DNA of 64,000 bases, from NCBI GenBank assembly GCA_964016885.1, contig OZ024742.1, forward strand, positions 160,084,001 to 160,148,000, given 5' to 3'. This document shows, in pieces, positions 41,375-55,232 of the stretch. The position numbers and the translations under genes were made by a program. Within the stretch, counting starts at the first letter, position 1. Each line of letters opens with the position of its first letter. This DNA comes from Eledone cirrhosa. Taxonomy: Eukaryota. Below the pieces are notes generated by a model. That model was not told the DNA's origin and made no database searches. It was given only the letters and a program-made list of their open reading frames with translations.

Positions 41375-42369
41375 CAATGGTTAGAGCAACAGGCTTACAA
41401 TCGTGAGGTTTTGAGTTCAATTCACGGATCGGCCATTGCGTTGTGTTCTTGAGCTAGACTCTTTATTTTCAGGTTGCTCCAGTTCAATTCAGTTTAATGC
41501 CAAGCTGTATCGGCTATTGCCTTTTCCCCTGGACAACATCAGTGGCATGGAGAAGGGAGACTGGTATGTATGGGCGACTGCTGGTCTTCTACAAACAACC
41601 TTGCCTGGACTTGTGCCTTGTCCAGTGCAAGGTCATTCGTGACAGAAGGTTTTTTTTAGCTTATATATATATAAAGTAGCTGTGGTTGAATCTTACATCA
41701 TTTTATTGATTACTTATTGATTACATATATATAATATATATCTGTATATATATTTATATAAATAGTATAGATATATATATTTCATTTTTGTATTTATTTT
41801 GCGATATCTTTTTATCTGAAAAGGTGTGTTGAAACATATATTGTTATACTTTGGAAGGGCCATGCCAATAATACACACACGCACATGTTAAATTTCACTT
41901 CAATTTATTATCATAATTGCCCAGTCGGTTAGTTTAATAGTCGGATGGTGGTTTAATTGTTGATTGTCATCAAAGCTCTTTCGACACACATTCTGTGACC
42001 GCCTCCATGACTATTTCTGTCATACACCATCTTGTTTTTGTAAGCTGTATACTTAGGCTGCGCATGCGTTATATCCGGGTTATAATTCATGCGCAGCACA
42101 ACAACGGTATCTTCGTATTTAGCGCTGTAGGCTAACCCTAAAATATGTGCCTTTTCTCCCACTTATGTGCCCTATCCTCCTAAATGAAATATTTTCAACA
42201 TACAGTTTGGCAAGTTGTTTTCCACAATTCTAGTTCTGATCACACTAAGTATATTTCTGAGCTCGTATTTTCTATACTTTCGTTAAAAGTTTTAGGTGTC
42301 ATTGTTTTCGTGAGCAGGCGCGCTTTCCTTTGATCTTGCGAAACGTCCAAATTGTGACAATTGATAGTT

Positions 42370-42970
42370 GGAAGGACAGAGAGCTGCACCAGCATTGTGT
42401 TCGTACTTTCTTTATCGATCACAAAAGGATGAAAAAGGCCAAATAGACCTTGGTGAGATTTGAACTCAGAGATTCCGATAAAATGCCCAACGTCCTTTGT
42501 GCGGTTGCTTTCTATCTGTAGACAATAGGTAGCAGTAATGCGTTTGAAAGGCAGCAAATTGGTAGAGTTGTTAGAACGTCGGATAGAATACATTGCAGTA
42601 TTCGTCCCGGCTCTTTACGTTCTGAGTTCAAATCCTGTCAACGTCAACTTTCTCTTTCTTTCGCGGTCGAGAAAAAAAAGTACCAGTCAAGTCCTGAGGT
42701 CGATTTTTCTTCTATATCTCTTTCACATTTTCATTCTCTCCCTCTCTATCCTTCTCTGGAAGAAATCGGCACTGTTCAGATCTAGAGTGTGGATGAACTC
42801 TATCAGATTTAAAATGTCAAACAACCGCCGTATGTCACAACAGCAGCCATACAATTCCTTTAAGAATTACGGGTTCATACACCCATACAATACATTTGAA
42901 GCTTGAATCAATTAAATTTATTCACTCCAGAAAATTCGGCCTTGTGCCTATGAAAGAAATCAATAACTCT
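42370..42970. mobile_element. Two divergent older SINEs: minus ~42370-42520 and plus ~42550-42970 (interrupted)
   Basis: TTTGAACTCAG and CTGAGTTCAAATCC B-boxes, GTACCAGTC and GGCCTTGTGCC tail. Confidence 0.65.
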
Positions 42971-43204
42971 TTGTTCCTATTGATCTTTAGTTAATAAAGT
43001 CCCTCATTACAAGCTACCAAGATACCTGCATGTTTTCATTTTATTCTTCGTTCATCATTATTAGTGTTTTTTTTTTCGTATGTTAGTTTCGCTGTTGCTG
43101 CAGCTGTTGTTGTTGTTTCTGCTGCTGCTATCCTTGTTGTTGTTGTTGCTGCTGTTGTTGTTGTCGTCGTCGTCGTCGTCCTTCTTCTTCTTCTTCTTCT
43201 TCTG

Positions 43205-46200
43205 CTTAAAAGAAACCCCACCAACCATGGAAGTCGAACAACCCGACCTTCACAAGACCCGGGAGGTAAGTAAACCTTCCCTCTCTCTCTCTTAGCTTAC
43301 CAATATGGCCATATTAAGAGTAGGAAGTTTAAATGTTCGCGGCCTGGGGTCACCCTGGAAGCAGGGTCGCTGGAAATGGATGTGATTGCCGTAAGCGAGA
43401 CCAGAATTTTCGACACGCGCGCACTAGCCCCCATTTTCGACGACTATCAGATCTTCGCATCTGTTAGCAGGCCCGGAATGAGGGGTGGGGTGGCAGTGCT
43501 GTTTAGGAAAGGACTGGATCTCGAGGTAAGGTCGATCTTCCGGGACCCGGACGGTAAGTTGGTGGTCTTGGATGTGAGCAGTAGCGAAGGTGGTGCCTTT
43601 AGACTGCTGGCCGTCTACGCCCCTACAGGGGCCGGACGACCTGACTTCTTTAGGCGCCTGGAGACCTTTCTGGGTACGTCTCGCCCTTTACTGTTAGCGG
43701 GGGACTGGAATGGAATCTTAGACGCACCGCTGGGATTGTGTGGGAGTAGCCGATAGGAGCGGGGGGGTGCAAAAGCCTCAAGCACCTACTCAGCCAGTTC
43801 CAACTGTCTGACAGGTATCGACTAGATTTCCCCAATGTGCCAGTATGGACATGGACCAACCGAATGGGGTCATCTAGATCGTATATAGACAGGATCTTCA
43901 TTAGGAAAATAGATAGAAATAGTGTGGGCTGTCCACTTTTTAAAACGGTCGCCTATTCAGATCACAAATTTGTGATCTGTACGGTCGACCTAAATAAAAC
44001 GCGTAGGTTAGGACCGGGTTACTGGAAGCTGAACATGTCATTTCCGGCACGTAAGGCTTACAGGGACCAGGTCAACAATTTAGTTAAGCAAAAGTTGACA
44101 GGGGGGATCATCAATAACAGATGGTGGTGGTGGTGGTGGTGGGGGGGGGCTCTCAAAAAAGAGATTAGAGTAACTTCGATAGAGTTCAGCAAAGAACTAG
44201 CGTTAGAGAAAAATAGAAAGGAGGGGAGCTGGTAGATAAGTTAGACGAGGCTATTTGTAGTGGAATCGCAACTGACATGCTAGCGGCGAGAATGGCATTA
44301 GACCATTTCTTCAATGCCAAACACGAAGGTTGCATTGTCAGAGCTAAGGCGCGTGCGCTGAGAAACGAGGGAACTAAAGCTGTTCGATGGGCCCGCGTGG
44401 CGGAGCCGCAGCGTGGTAATAAAACCACAATTCGGTCTTTGGCGGACCGAGACGGACACGAGATAAGCGATTCCAAGCGGATGTGTGAGGCCTTTCGCCA
44501 GCACTTTGCTCGGTTATTCAGGGAGAGTGGCGAGTCAGAGAGAGTAGCGGATTTAAGTCCCTACCTTGACGGCTTGCCGCGCATCTCGACGGTAGACGTT
44601 GAGCGCTGCGAAAGGCCGATTACTTCAGCCGAAATTCAGGACGCCCTTGTCGGCTGCATGAGGCGCAAGTCACCCGGTTTGGATGGCCTGCCCTACGAGC
44701 TTTACGTAAATATGCCAGACTTGTTCTCCGAACTCCTCAAAGCACTCTACTGCAACTGGCAGCAGAATGGGAGTATTCCCAGTTCTGTGAGCAGGGGAGT
44801 GGTGACGCTGATAAGGAAAGACGAGAACAAGAGGGATACATTAGACAACTTCAGGCCCATAACTCTGCTCAACACAGAGTTTAAGATTTTGGCCAAGGTG
44901 TTAGCAAAGAGATTGGTGCTTGTCGTCGAGGATTTGGTTGGGGAGGCGCAAACTTGCGCAATCCCAGCCAGGTCCATACACGACAATCTTCACCTCATGC
45001 GATACATCATAGAGAGGGTAGGGTGTAAACCTGGCTTCGGTGGGGCACTGATCAATTTAGATCAATCGAAAGCATTCGATAGGGTCGACCATCGGTATCT
45101 GGAGTTTGTCCTCAAAGCAGCTGGCTTCGGCCCTGTCTTTAGAAGCTGGATCGTTGCAATGCACAGCGGCACACGCTCGGTGGTCAAGGTTAATGGCCAC
45201 CTCTCGGAAACATTTCGGCTCTCCCGATCGGTCCGTCAAGGGTGCCCTCTCTCTTCCCTTCTGTACGTATTGACTCTCGAGCCTTTACTGCGGAAGCTGG
45301 AGCTGTTGCAGGGCATCCCGCTCGAACCGGGACGTGGAAAGGCGGTGTCGGCGTATGCGGACGACATCACCGTGATGGTGTCGAACACCTCAGAAATCGA
45401 GGTGGTCGGCACAATATTGAAGGAATATGAAAGGTTGACAGGAGCCAAACTTAACCCGGAAAAGTCGGTGGGCTTGCAGCTCGGAATCTGGAGAGGCAAG
45501 CCCATGCCGTCCAACAGCGTCGTGGGGCGCTGGACAGACGGACCGGTAAAGTTGCTCGGGGTTTGGTCCGGACCAGACCTCCAGGTGGAAAAGAATTGGG
45601 ACGAGGTAACGAGCAGAGTAGCCAGTCTCACCCAAAAATGGGCTGGGAGGAAGCTATCACTGAAAGGTCGCGCGGAGGTGGCGAATGCGTACATCGCGTC
45701 CGTCATCTACTATCGCCTAACCGTCATGCCTTGCCCCCGTCCGCGCCTCGTCAAGTTGGAACGGCTCCTCTTCAAATTCTTGTGGAGGGGACAAGTTCCG
45801 TTGGTGAGGCAGTCCATCTGCTGCCAGCACCCTCTACGCGGAGGGCTGGGCATGCCGTGGCTAATGATGCGCAGACATGCGTTGAGGCTGCGACATCTCC
45901 AGATATTCTGCCTCAATGGTGAACAGGTGTGGTCGCCGTTTATCAGACGGGTCTTTCCGCAGCTCATTTCTTTGACTGAGCTGCAGTCCTGGGTCAAGAA
46001 GAGACCGAGACTGGGTGACTGGCACCTGGAATATTGCAGGCACTCACTGCCCTCTACCAAGCGGGCAATGCGATCAGTGGAACTTCCACTCTCGAGTTCT
46101 ATAGAGGATTAGTGGTGGGCAAGTGCGATGACGCACTCGGAGAAGCTTTGGGCCTCGACGAAGTCGAACTGACCAGTCTGTACCGGAGGACCTTTGAGCC

Positions 46201-47004
46201 GGGGACGATGGACAATTTCCAGAAATCCCTCGCTTGGCAGCGCTACCGGGGGGCACTGCCGGTTCGGGATAAACTCTACAGGCACGGAAGTGCTGTCAGA
46301 CGGACCTGCCCAAGATGCGCACAGAACGACGAAACCGTTCTGCACGCACTTGTCCAATGTCCGTGCATTACTGACTTGTGGAGTTATGTCGAACAGCTAC
46401 TGTCGCGTGTGGAACAAATCCGGCTATCGGCCGAGTCCATAGTGAAGATCGAGCCGCCACCTTCCTTAGATCAGGAAGAGCAGGAAATTTTCCTCTGTCT
46501 GGTGGCAGTTGCGAAAGAGATTATATGGTTGACCAGGTTGAAAGGACTAAAGACAGACACTTTTCTCTTCGGCCAATCCCTCATCAACTTCTTCAAGTTT
46601 CACCTGGAAAGGAGGGTGAGGGTGGAGAGAAAAGTGCTGCCCCCCAGTACATTTGCTAAAAGGTGGGTGAATGTGGCGAGAATGGCTCGTGTGAATGGGC
46701 CTACTCTGACCATGCGCCTATAGGCTGGCTAACTTGAGGAGAGGGGTGCTCTCCCTGGTTGCCCTAGAAGCGCAGGGTGGTTCAGGATTGATGGGGTACC
46801 CGAATCATCCCAGGGTCGTCCACCCCCTATCGGGGAATTTATTTTGTTATATTTATGCATAGTTTATTTTATATTTTTATATTTTAATTGTAAAATTAGT
46901 CTTGCCATTGTGCACTTTTACTCGACCTTATTGTAAACCCCCACTGTCCCTGTCTTTGTATTGTCCCCTACATGTCGGCCCTTGTGGCTAATAAATGAAA
47001 TCAA

Positions 47005-47055
<51 letters not shown>
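43205..47055 (+). mobile_element. 5'-truncated Tx1/L1-clade LINE
   Basis: GC-rich block between (TTC)n and (ATT)n. Likely ORF1 tail ends at 43295, followed by ORF2, a 3' UTR and AATAAA. Confidence 0.92.
43305..46723 (+). pseudogene. LINE ORF2 (APE endonuclease, reverse transcriptase, zf-RVT), frameshifted
   Basis: SLNVRG, SET, VYAP, GDWN, IDRIF, SDH (APE); KSPGLDG, FRPITLLN, LDQSKAFD, RQGCPLS, AYADD (RT); CPRC..ETVLHALVQC. Split over at least four frames. Confidence 0.93.
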
Positions 47056-47244
47056 CATTACTATTCTACTTATTACTATTGTTATTGGGCGGTGGCGAGG
47101 GTGGGTGAGTGAGTAAAACCTTCATTTGTCAATAGTTGTTCTCTAGTTATTTTTGTTTTGTATTGTTTATATAAATTTTCTTATTTTCTTTCCACACCTT
47201 ACTTTTAATGTTTTCGCTTGTAAACAGTGTTACTACCGGGTTAA

Positions 47245-50186
47245 ATATATATATATACGATATTAACAAATGGAAACTATATTTATAAAACCATATTTAT
47301 TTCATTATACATATTTCAAGGACACCAAGTTAAATTATGGTGTGCTTTCGTCAGATAAAATATAATATAGAGCAGTTTTATAAATAAATATTGACATACC
47401 CTTAAACAATGCAACCATTACTGTTGGAAGCTCCCGGATAGTGGAGTTATAACTTTAATTATATTATTAGGTAAGTTAGTATTGGATATTTTAAAATAAG
47501 CCGTTGGGTTACGGAGAAAGAGAGAGAGAGAGAGAGAAAGAGCAGAACTACAGTGAGAAAAAGATAGAGAGAGAGGAGAAAGAGAAAGGAGAGAGAACAA
47601 AACTCTAAGTCATATCTTGTTGAGTTATCTTAACTTTTGAGATGAAATGAATAAATAAAATTAGAAATGTTAATAATCATGAATCGAATATACATATATA
47701 ATATGAGAAATTTAACCATTGTTTAAATATGATTAGATGTTTAGTTAATCAGTTAAATATTGAGATCAATACATTAAAAATTGGGATCTATATATTAAGA
47801 AATCTATATATTATTATTAAGACTATATTGTTAAAGATCTATATATTATATAACATGTATACACACGCAAAAATACATACATATAAATATATATACACAC
47901 GTATAAAAATATATATACATATCTAACTACGTATATAATATATACATACAAAATATAAAGGATTCTTTAATTTAAGATATAGGAGTCTTATAAAATCAGA
48001 GAAAGTCATTTCAATGTAATATCAAAGCAGCGTGAAGGAAAATTACGTTATTTAGTTATATCAATGTTACAATTGTTAAGATATTAAAGGAAATTTTATT
48101 TTATACACACTTTATGTTATTAAACACATTTTTTTATATAAGTTTTATAAGATTACCTGTTATGTATTTATGACTGTTATTATATGTCTATTTGTCACGA
48201 ATCTTGGGATAATCCCTATAAATAAGTGCAATCGAATTGTATGGGTATACACGTATATATACATACATAATTCCCACATATACATACATATATGTACCCA
48301 CACAAATAGGTAGATACGCATCACATATATATATACATACAGATAGACATACAGGCATAAAACATATGTACATGTATATCAATACACACATACACATATA
48401 TATACACGCATATAGAGAGAGAAGTATATATAAATACAGTACATAGTATATAGTATAATTGAAGTACATAAAATACAAAAGAATTATATTACGATTTGGA
48501 AATATAATTATAAGCAATATAACTTTTAAAATATTATAGAATATTTCAAGTTATAATTTCAAAATAATAATATGTTTAATAGATTTACTATAGAAATGTT
48601 CTACGTATATTTAACTTAATTTTATATCCATAAGAGAAATAAACAGAAATTTTCAAAAGATAAACTTTCGAAAATAGGAGAAACTATCAAACAATAAAAA
48701 TATTTCCCCTTTTAAGAGCTTTCAGTATATTTCTCTAGAATAGTTTATTATATTTATTTATATTTAGGAAGAAAAGTTTTTTTGACTTGAGTGTATAAGC
48801 AGTAAAAAAAAATGAAGGAATCTAGTGATTTAATGACAGGTTCAATATATTAATAGAATTAATTAATTAATTATATATTACATTTTAAATTTATATTTAA
48901 ACGTTGAATTTAATCTATGTCTACAGCAACTGAATAAATTGTTCCTTAGGTTCAGGGAATTTTTGGTCTTTAAAATAAAGAATATTTCCTCTATACAAAG
49001 ATCACAATTTTCTGAAGAGGAGTTAAAAGGAGTAGCGTTTGAAATAATATTCCAAATCAACGAATATTCAACGTTCTTTAGTTTGAGATCCCATAATAAG
49101 CTAGATAGAGAAGTTGAAGATTTTTTGTTTGGATCTGTAAAATAATTTTTATGATTATTGAAGCGGGATTTAAACTCTGTGGAAGTGGATCCCACATAAT
49201 TAAATGAATTTAAATTAGTTTTTACATTACAATTATATACTATATTTTTAGCTAAGCAATTGTTATTTAACGGACAGTTAGATTTATTTCTACAGTTACA
49301 TTTATCAAATTGGATATTGCTTGGGTTATTATTGGTATTTTGGTTAGGTTTTAAATTTCTATTATTAATTATTAAATAAATGCGCTAAATTTTTGGTGGA
49401 AGAATAAGTTAATTTTATAGTATGTCTATTAAAAATTGAGTAATATCTATGGGTTCTAGGGAAGCATTTGTCAAGAGCTTTAAAAAATAGTTTAGCAATA
49501 GGGGTTTTAATATTTAATGAGAAAGGAGGAGCGAACCGTAATATGTTCCTAGTTCTCTTTCTTTTTTGCTTTCGGAATTATTGTAAGGTTTTCTATTATA
49601 GTTGTTAAAATTGTTAAAATAGTTAAAATTGTTACGATTATGGTTAGTTGTTATATTATTATTATTATCAATGTATTTAATTTTATTTCTATACCCAGCT
49701 CTACCTAACGCTTCGTTGTAAAAATGTGCTTTTTCATCAAATATATTCTTATTAGCTGAAATTCTCGAAATTCGTCCCTGTACAGAGTTCACTATAGTAT
49801 TTTTAACGGATCTGGGGTGAATAGAGTTAAAATTGACGTAGTTTAAGTTCTCATTTAGTTTGTGAAATGGATAATGAAGACATGTGTTAAGATTTAGTGT
49901 TACATCTAGAAAGTTAACTATTTTATGGTTATTCTCTATTTCTACTTTTAGATTAAGGTAATTAAAAAATTGTATAATTTGTTTTCTTTTTCTATTTACT
50001 TCACAGTTATTATTTTCTATAAGTAAAAGCATGTCATCACAATATAAACCTCCGGTTATCTCATGTATTTTCTTATGTAGAGAATTATTTATAAAGAGGC
50101 CCACAAGATCCGTTACCTGAGCGGAATCGGATGATCCCATAGTTATATCGAAGTTATTATTTCTATCTGCCCTAGTCCAGTGTTGG

Positions 50187-50190
<4 letters not shown>
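47245..50190 (-). mobile_element. 5'-truncated Penelope-like retroelement
   Basis: RT and GIY-YIG remnants, a long AT-rich 3' region, and a hammerhead-like motif at ~47300-47364 (CTGACGA-aagcacacca...tggtgtcctt-GAAA). Bounded by (TA)n. The left boundary is approximate. Confidence 0.8.
48878..50190 (-). pseudogene. Penelope-like RT + GIY-YIG endonuclease, frameshifted
   Basis: [26 protein letters not shown]; RNILRFAPPFS...FPRTHRYYSIFNRHTIKLTYS; CNCRNKSNCPLNNNCL-NIVY...YVGST...RFNNH...CDLCIEE...CRH. Confidence 0.9.
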
Positions 50191-50272
<82 letters not shown>

Positions 50273-50274
<2 letters not shown>

Positions 50275-50813
50275 GTGGGAAAGTAAAAAATCGGAGAATA
50301 GACCGTTAAAACATGTTTATTTAAAACAGTACCTACGTACGTTTCGCCCAGTTGGGCTTCTCAAGGGCATAAATAATCACAAGTTTTCCTTATATTGCTC
50401 GGAAACAGTTTTTGGGGTTAAATCCACATCAAGGCTCATTGCTCGCAAAAATATCTTGTTTTGATTTTGCAGCAGGTCAAGGGAGGTAACTCTGGCCGGT
50501 GTTAGGGCAGTCTTTCCCGGACAATTTTTTTTTTTTTTTTTTGCCGCAAAAAAAAAAAAAATTGTCCGGGAAAGACTGCCCTAACACCGGCCAGAGTTAC
50601 CTCCCTTGACCTGCTGCAAAATCAAAACAAGATATTTTTGCGAGCAATGAGCCTTGATGTGGATTTAACCCCAAAAACTCTTTCCGAGCAATATAAGGAA
50701 AACTTGTGATTATTTATGCCCTTGAGAAGCCCAACTGGGCGAAACGTACGTAGGTGCTGTTTTAAATAAACATGTTTTAACGGTCTATTCTCCGATTTTT
50801 TACTTTCCCACGT
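50273..50813. repeat. ~540-bp near-perfect palindrome with variant hammerhead motifs in both arms
   Basis: ~270-bp arms centred on T-run/GCCGC/A-run at ~50545. Plus-arm motif at 50716-50756. Confidence 0.95.
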
Positions 50814-50974
50814 GCTTACGCTCTGCTAACTCTCTAGCCCACTAAATATTAACACTTCGAATATTTAATACTGTCGGCACTAGTATCGAGCACCTTTGGC
50901 ATACGCTACTTGGCAAATAACCATATGTATCACCTATCCCCCCTTTTTTTCCTCTTTCTCGATACGTAAATACT

Positions 50975-51167
50975 ATATATATATATATATGTATATTTAT
51001 ATATATATATGTATATATATATATGTATATATATATATATGTATATATATATATGTATATATATGTATATATATATATGTGCATATATATATATGTATAT
51101 ATATATATGTGTGTATATATATATATATGTATATATATGTATATATATATATGTATATATATATGTG

Positions 51168-51260
<93 letters not shown>
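50975..51260. repeat. (TA)n-type microsatellite
   Basis: Seen directly. Confidence 0.97.
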
Positions 51261-51263
<3 letters not shown>

Positions 51264-51317
51264 AATTAATAAAGTAATGAATAAACAAAGAAACAGTTCC
51301 TTATATTAAAAAAATTC

Positions 51318-51455
51318 ATCATTTTACGATCGTTTCTAGGATATATATGTGTTAGTGTTGGTATGCATATTCTATAGATCTATGTAAAATATTTATACAA
51401 ACTATCAGAGGGAATATACATACCTACACATATATATGCTGTCTTCAGAAATAAT
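51318..51455 (-). ncRNA. Hammerhead-like motif with a greatly extended stem II
   Basis: Minus strand attattt-CTGAAGA-[~105-nt self-complementary segment]-GAAAC-gatc-GTA-aaatgat. Confidence 0.6.
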
Positions 51456-51533
51456 TGTTTCTACTTTAGGCACAAGGCCAGCAATTACCCAGTGCATTAC
51501 TGGTACTTTATTTTATCGACCCCGTAAGGATGA
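51456..51533 (-). mobile_element. SINE 3' fragment (young subfamily) in the left palindrome arm
   Basis: TCATCCTTACGGGGTCGATAAAATAAAGTACC...GTAGAAACA on the minus strand, joined through TCAT microhomology. Confidence 0.9.
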
Positions 51534-51792
51534 TATTTGTTTATTGAAAAGACAAAGATTTAATACAATAGGTCTGTTTGGGAACAGGTCTTGAATTGAC
51601 CAATAGAAAGAAAGTGAAGGTCAAGATAGCAATCTAGTAGTAAGAGAACCTAAATTAAGGTTCTCTTACTACTAGATTGCTATCTTGACCTTCACTTTCT
51701 TTCTATTGGTCAATTCAAAACCTGTTCCCAAACAGACCTATTGTATTAAATCTTTGTCTTTTCAATAAACAAATATCATTATTTCTGAAGAC

Positions 51793-51974
51793 GTGGATTG
51801 GCAGTATTGGGAGAGGGTCGGACGCCATGCTTTGACGTATAGAGTTACGGCCCTTGCCATTCTGAGTTCAAATACCGCTGAGGTTAACTTTGCCTTTCAT
51901 CCTTACGGGGTCGATAAAATAAAGTACCAGTAATGCACTGGTTAATTGCTGGCCTTGTGCCTAACGTAGAAACA
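51793..51974 (+). mobile_element. Near-full-length young SINE in the right palindrome arm
   Basis: 15-bp TSD ATTATTTCTGAAGAC at 51778-51792 and 51975-51989. Confidence 0.93.
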
Positions 51975-52271
51975 ATTATTTCTGAAGACAGCATATATAT
52001 GTGTAGGTATGTATATTCCCTCTGATAGTTTGTATAAATATTTTACCAACACTAACACATATATATCCTAGATCGTAAAATGATGAATTTTTTTAATATA
52101 AGGAACTGTTTCTTTGTTTATTCATTACTTTATTAATTTATCTTGACTCTGTTTTCCGTTAATTTTCACCGAAAATAGTTTTTGAATGCATCTTCTCTTT
52201 TCATGATATCTGGATTACATTGAGTTCTTCATACGGATTGGACACTACCGTAAATTTTTGGTAGATTTATC

Positions 52272-53612
<1,341 letters not shown>

Positions 53613-54393
53613 ACATACGCATTTCTTTCTTATATTTTAAAAGTATTTCTTTTTTCTAGTTTTTGCTGTTAAAGTAAATACGACATCAATTTACAAATTT
53701 GAACTTAGCCTTCTCGTAACTTTAAATACGGCAAACTTCAAACGAATTTTTAGCTTAGGGGTTGGTGGTTCTTTTTGTTTGATTTTTGTTTGTTTGCTTT
53801 TATTTTCTTCTATAGGTCAACATGTTGAAGAAGTAAATATTTTCCCAGCGCCACCCTCCTACACTTACCCTCTGCTCCCCATCTATTTACATGTCTGCTC
53901 CGTAACATAGCGATGCACGGTATTAGCAGGCACAAACAATATGTAAACTGCAGAGAGAAGACAACATCACCAACAACAAAATTTTGACAGAACTTATGGC
54001 AAATATCAACAATAAAGCGACACTAGATCCTACTGAGCCGGCAAAAATTAGTTGTACCTACCTGTATTTCAAAGGGCCATCTTTGCCTTCCTTGCCACAT
54101 ATTTCATCATACTGAATCTCCCTGAGAACTACGATAACTGTACACACATCTTTCTAAAGAGTGCTTAGCCACCTGCGCTTCAATTTTACGTGCAGGCTGT
54201 TCCATTGTTCGTACAACTAAAATACTCGTCGACGATACCGACGGAGGCCCGATACATTAAGCGGCAATATTCTTCAGATTAGTTCTGTGTTAGCCTGTGT
54301 TATATATTTCGTTAGGTATGTTAGCACAAACACTTAACTGTTGTCTCATGTGGATGGCATCCCAGAGTAATTTCCGTTGGTTGTAGTCTCCTG

Positions 54394-54802
54394 ATCATCA
54401 TCGTCGTCACCGTCTACACCACCACCATCACCGCCATCAGTGTCATTATCACCATCACGGACATCATCATCATCATCATCATCATCATCATTATCACTGT
54501 CCACACCACCACCATCACCGCCATCAGTGTCATTATCACCATCACGGACATCATCATCATCATCATCATCATTATCACCGTCCACACCACCACCATCACC
54601 GCCATCAGTGTCATTATCACCATCACGGACATCATCCTCATCATCATCATCATTATCACCGTCCACACCACCACCATCGCCGCCATCAGTGTCATTATCA
54701 CCACCACGGAGATCATCACCATCACCATCACGATCATCACCATCACCATCACCATCACGATCATCACCATCACCATCATGCTCATCATCATCATCATCAT
54801 CA
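54394..54802. repeat. Minisatellite (four 81-87-bp units) in (CAT/CAC)n low-complexity DNA
   Basis: CCGCCATCAGTGTCATTATCACC recurs at 54431, 54518, 54599 and 54680. Confidence 0.9.
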
Positions 54803-55232
54803 GCACACCCATCACAATATTCATGACCATCTTCATCAAGCAGCATCTGCTCTCGGCAGTTTCAATATCATGGGCCGCTATCCATGGTTAAATACGGACA
54901 TATACATAGTGAGACTCCAATCTACTCCAAGGTCGGTGGTTGATAGGCAGACCACTGCTGGCCCCTCGCCAATGGGAGGGGGTATACCTTCAAGTATAGA
55001 GTGCCCACCCAGAATACTCTGATGTTCCCCTCCTCAACCCCAAACCCTGGGACACTGGTGGAATCGTACTCCTATCCCATGCTTGCTTTTCTCTGAATGT
55101 TCAACAACAATCATTTCTTAATAAAATCTTGTTTTTCATCTACATCTTTAAGACAATTATTTCGTTTACAACAGAAATAATCAATCAAGTCCCTGTAATA
55201 TTGCAGCCAGTTGTTGAGGTGTCACTCTAGAC

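Larger units (their letters stand above)
51261..52141. repeat. ~880-bp palindrome with SINE sequence in both arms
   Basis: Centre AGAACCT-AAATTA-AGGTTCT at ~51654. Arms match out to ATAAATTAATAAAG / CTTTATTAATTTAT. Confidence 0.93.

Noticed and set aside
44277-46112. Active LINE or host gene (611-aa ORF)
   Set aside because: It is one segment of a frameshifted ORF2. The element lacks most of ORF1 and has a deletion in the endonuclease.
54346-54846. Asp/Gly-rich acidic protein ORF
   Set aside because: It coincides with a (CAT/CAC)-derived minisatellite that is open in several frames. There is no independent coding evidence.
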